From an uncultured bacterium (GTDB taxonomy: Bacteria > Margulisbacteria > WOR-1 > CAVSGV01), in contig CAVSGV010000006.1 of assembly GCA_963727815.1 (NCBI GenBank), positions 336,851-400,850 on the forward strand: a DNA stretch of 64,000 nt, given 5' to 3'. The position numbers and the translations under genes were made by a program. Of this stretch, positions 62,038-64,000 are shown in pieces. The notes beneath the pieces were generated by a model. It worked only from the letters and a program-made list of their open reading frames with translations, was not told the origin of the DNA and did no database searches. Every line of letters begins with the position of its first letter. Within the stretch, counting starts at the first letter, position 1.

Positions 62038-62664
62038 TTAAAGAAGGCCTTTCGTCGACGGGATGCCTTTTTTGCGGGGGTCGATGGCGCAGGCTTTCGA
62101 GAGCGAAACCGCGAATGCCTTGAAGATCGACTCGATCTTATGGTGCATGTTGCGGCCTCTCAAAAGGTTGATGTGTATCGTGATGGCGGCGTTCATGACG
62201 AACGCCTCGAAGAACTCCCTCACGACCTCCACGTCAAAATCCTTGAACTTGGTTTTCGTGATCTCTACATTATATGTAAGATGAGGGCGGCCGGAGATAT
62301 CGATGATCGCTTCCGTAAGCGATTCATCCATCGGCACTTTTGCTTCGCCGTATCTGGCGATGCCTTCCTTTTCTCCGAGAGCTTCCCTGAAAGCCTGGCC
62401 GAGGCATATTCCCACGTCCTCGACGGTGTGGTGATAATCAACGTCAACGTCGCCTTTTGCCTTGAGTTTGAGGTCGAATCCTCCGTGTTTGGCGAAAAGG
62501 GTGAGCATGTGGTCGAAGAACGGGATGCCGGTCTTTACGCTGCTTTTTCCGGCGCCGTCTATATCAAGCTGGAGTTCGATGGATGTTTCCGATGTCCTTC
62601 TTTTGACTGTGGACCTGCGGTCGAACTTGACGGTCGTTTTCTTGCCGAGCCTGACGGTCTTCAT
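62038..62664 (-). CDS. hisB: Imidazoleglycerol-phosphate dehydratase
   Basis: TGIPFFDHML, DYHHTVEDVG, PMDE, NMHHKIESIFKA, PSTKG. Confidence 0.97.
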   Translation of the reverse strand: MKTVRLGKKTTVKFDRRSTVKRRTSETSIELQLDIDGAGKSSVKTGIPFFDHMLTLFAKHGGFDLKLKAKGDVDVDYHHTVEDVGICLGQAFREALGEKEGIARYGEAKVPMDESLTEAIIDISGRPHLTYNVEITKTKFKDFDVEVVREFFEAFVMNAAITIHINLLRGRNMHHKIESIFKAFAVSLSKACAIDPRKKGIPSTKGLL

Positions 62665-62933
62665 TATTTCTTTGCCTCTTCCGCCGGCTTTTCTTCCTTT
62701 TTTACCTGTTTTTCGAGCTCTTTTATCCTCGACATGAGCTTTCTCTGGTCGAAGAGCGAGATTAGAGCGGTGAAGATGACGCCTATGAGTATGCAGCAAA
62801 GGATTATTAGCGACAGGGACAGGGTGTAGCTCCTGAATATGAGCGATACGGTGACGGTTGCTGAATTGACAAGCGCGAACCAGGTGAAGAGTATCGCGAG
62901 AATTACGGAAACTATGATGTTCCTTGCGGACAT
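62664..62933 (-). CDS. LapA/DUF1049-like small membrane protein
   Basis: Two TM helices, FALVNSATVTVS, C-terminal coiled coil. Confidence 0.75.
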   Translation of the reverse strand: MSARNIIVSVILAILFTWFALVNSATVTVSLIFRSYTLSLSLIILCCILIGVIFTALISLFDQRKLMSRIKELEKQVKKEEKPAEEAKK

Positions 62934-63018
62934 ATTGTTCTCCTTTCGAACGGGGTAATTATAGTATGGAATAGAAGCTAATACAAATTGAGATGATTAT
63001 ATTGTTGAAATGGGAATT

Positions 63019-64000
63019 CTATTTTGTTTTCAAAAAAGCATTCTTTGCATGCTCTGATATGTCGTTATACCATTCAACTTCATCCTTTGATTGAATAGCA
63101 GAATCAGATAGATTCTTAAAAAATAACCGAATTGATTCTGAGGTGGGCTTACTTTTTAAACTATTTGCATTTGACAATAAGTTTCTAAAATCGTTCAAAG
63201 ATAATGGAATGATTTTAGCTTTACCCCCATAATAGCGAACATTAGTTCTATATAAGCTGTAAAAGTGTGCCAATGTAGCCTCGCTAACTTTTGGAGCGAT
63301 AAAAATACAATAAACGTCTTTCTTTGTTGTTTGTTTGTGATTTCCTAGGTGGCGAGCGACAGGTTCACCCTCCATTTCATATTGTTTGTGTCCAGAAGAC
63401 AAAGTTACTTCTACAGTAATTTCAAAGTTTTTATATTGACAGATTATGTCCGGGGTATTCCCTGGGGCTGTATATAAAGGGATTCCGTTATCATCAACTC
63501 TAAAATTTCCAATAATATTGCCATCATCTAACATAGAAAATGCCCGCCAAACATTCCATTCCAGGAAAAGCGGGGGATCAACAATTTCTTTCTTCTCGAT
63601 TTCCTCAAAAGTGTTGACAATATCATCATATTCTAAGTATGTTTTCAGCTTGTCTTGTTCTGTTTTTATGAAGCTATCTAGTTTCTTTATGACCATATCA
63701 TTGTATAAATCTTTTAATGCCTCTATATTTTTCGCTTGAAGAAGCTTTCTTTTTAATGAAGGGGTCTTTAGGGTAAGCTTTGCTATAAGGGCCTCTTTAT
63801 TGTCTGTGAGTAAAAGTGGAATGCTTGGATTGAACAAATGTTTTTTAAAAGTAGCCTCGTCTTTGTAGGAGCTTGCTTCTCTTGGTGTGTTCTTTAAAAT
63901 GTATTCAACATCTTTATTTTTATCTGGCATCACATAGATTTTAAAGGTTCTTGGATTTATTGAAAAAAGACCCGTTGCCCGTAGATATCTAATGGCAGCA
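63019..64000 (-). CDS. AlwI-family type IIS restriction/nicking endonuclease; C-terminal part, 5' end outside the window
   Basis: RYLRATGL, LEWNVWRAF, TAPGNTPDI...VEVTL...EGEPVARH; AT-rich. Confidence 0.85.
   Translation of the reverse strand, partial: AAIRYLRATGLFSINPRTFKIYVMPDKNKDVEYILKNTPREASSYKDEATFKKHLFNPSIPLLLTDNKEALIAKLTLKTPSLKRKLLQAKNIEALKDLYNDMVIKKLDSFIKTEQDKLKTYLEYDDIVNTFEEIEKKEIVDPPLFLEWNVWRAFSMLDDGNIIGNFRVDDNGIPLYTAPGNTPDIICQYKNFEITVEVTLSSGHKQYEMEGEPVARHLGNHKQTTKKDVYCIFIAPKVSEATLAHFYSLYRTNVRYYGGKAKIIPLSLNDFRNLLSNANSLKSKPTSESIRLFFKNLSDSAIQSKDEVEWYNDISEHAKNAFLKTK

Overview
Bacterial chromosomal segment of about 50% GC. Gene content and order (ylqD in the rpsP cluster, tandem ssb, diderm-type surface proteins) tentatively suggest an anaerobic Cyanobacteria-sister lineage such as Saganbacteria/Margulisbacteria; this is inference, not a search result. 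In order, the window holds: a large SprA-motif surface protein; a fatty-acid synthesis operon (yceD-rpmF-plsX-fabH-acyl-CoA dehydrogenase-etfB-etfA-fabD-fabG-acpP-FabX/FabK-like-fabF) that is heavily frameshifted, most likely from read errors; xerC, metK, a CLC transporter, a repeat propeller protein and an smc with a drastically shortened hinge; rpsF-ssb-ssb-rpsR-rplI-uvrC, dxr, ilv genes, aroC, rpsP..rplS-lepB-rnhB, HU and yraN-comM; an accessory array behind comM; transporters, glycosyltransferases, a LarA-like protein, hisB and a partial AlwI-family endonuclease. The most striking unannotated signals are (1) several families of 7-bp-period inverted-repeat hairpins, one bracketing a four-helix-bundle (Avd-fold) gene and one translated in frame inside trmD, (2) a cassette-like array behind comM in which three homologous hairpin+promoter+RBS modules each drive unrelated cargo ORFs, and (3) an acyl-CoA dehydrogenase/ferredoxin-fused ETF module and an Fe-S FabX-like enzyme inside the fab operon. 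No rRNA, tRNA or CRISPR array was seen.
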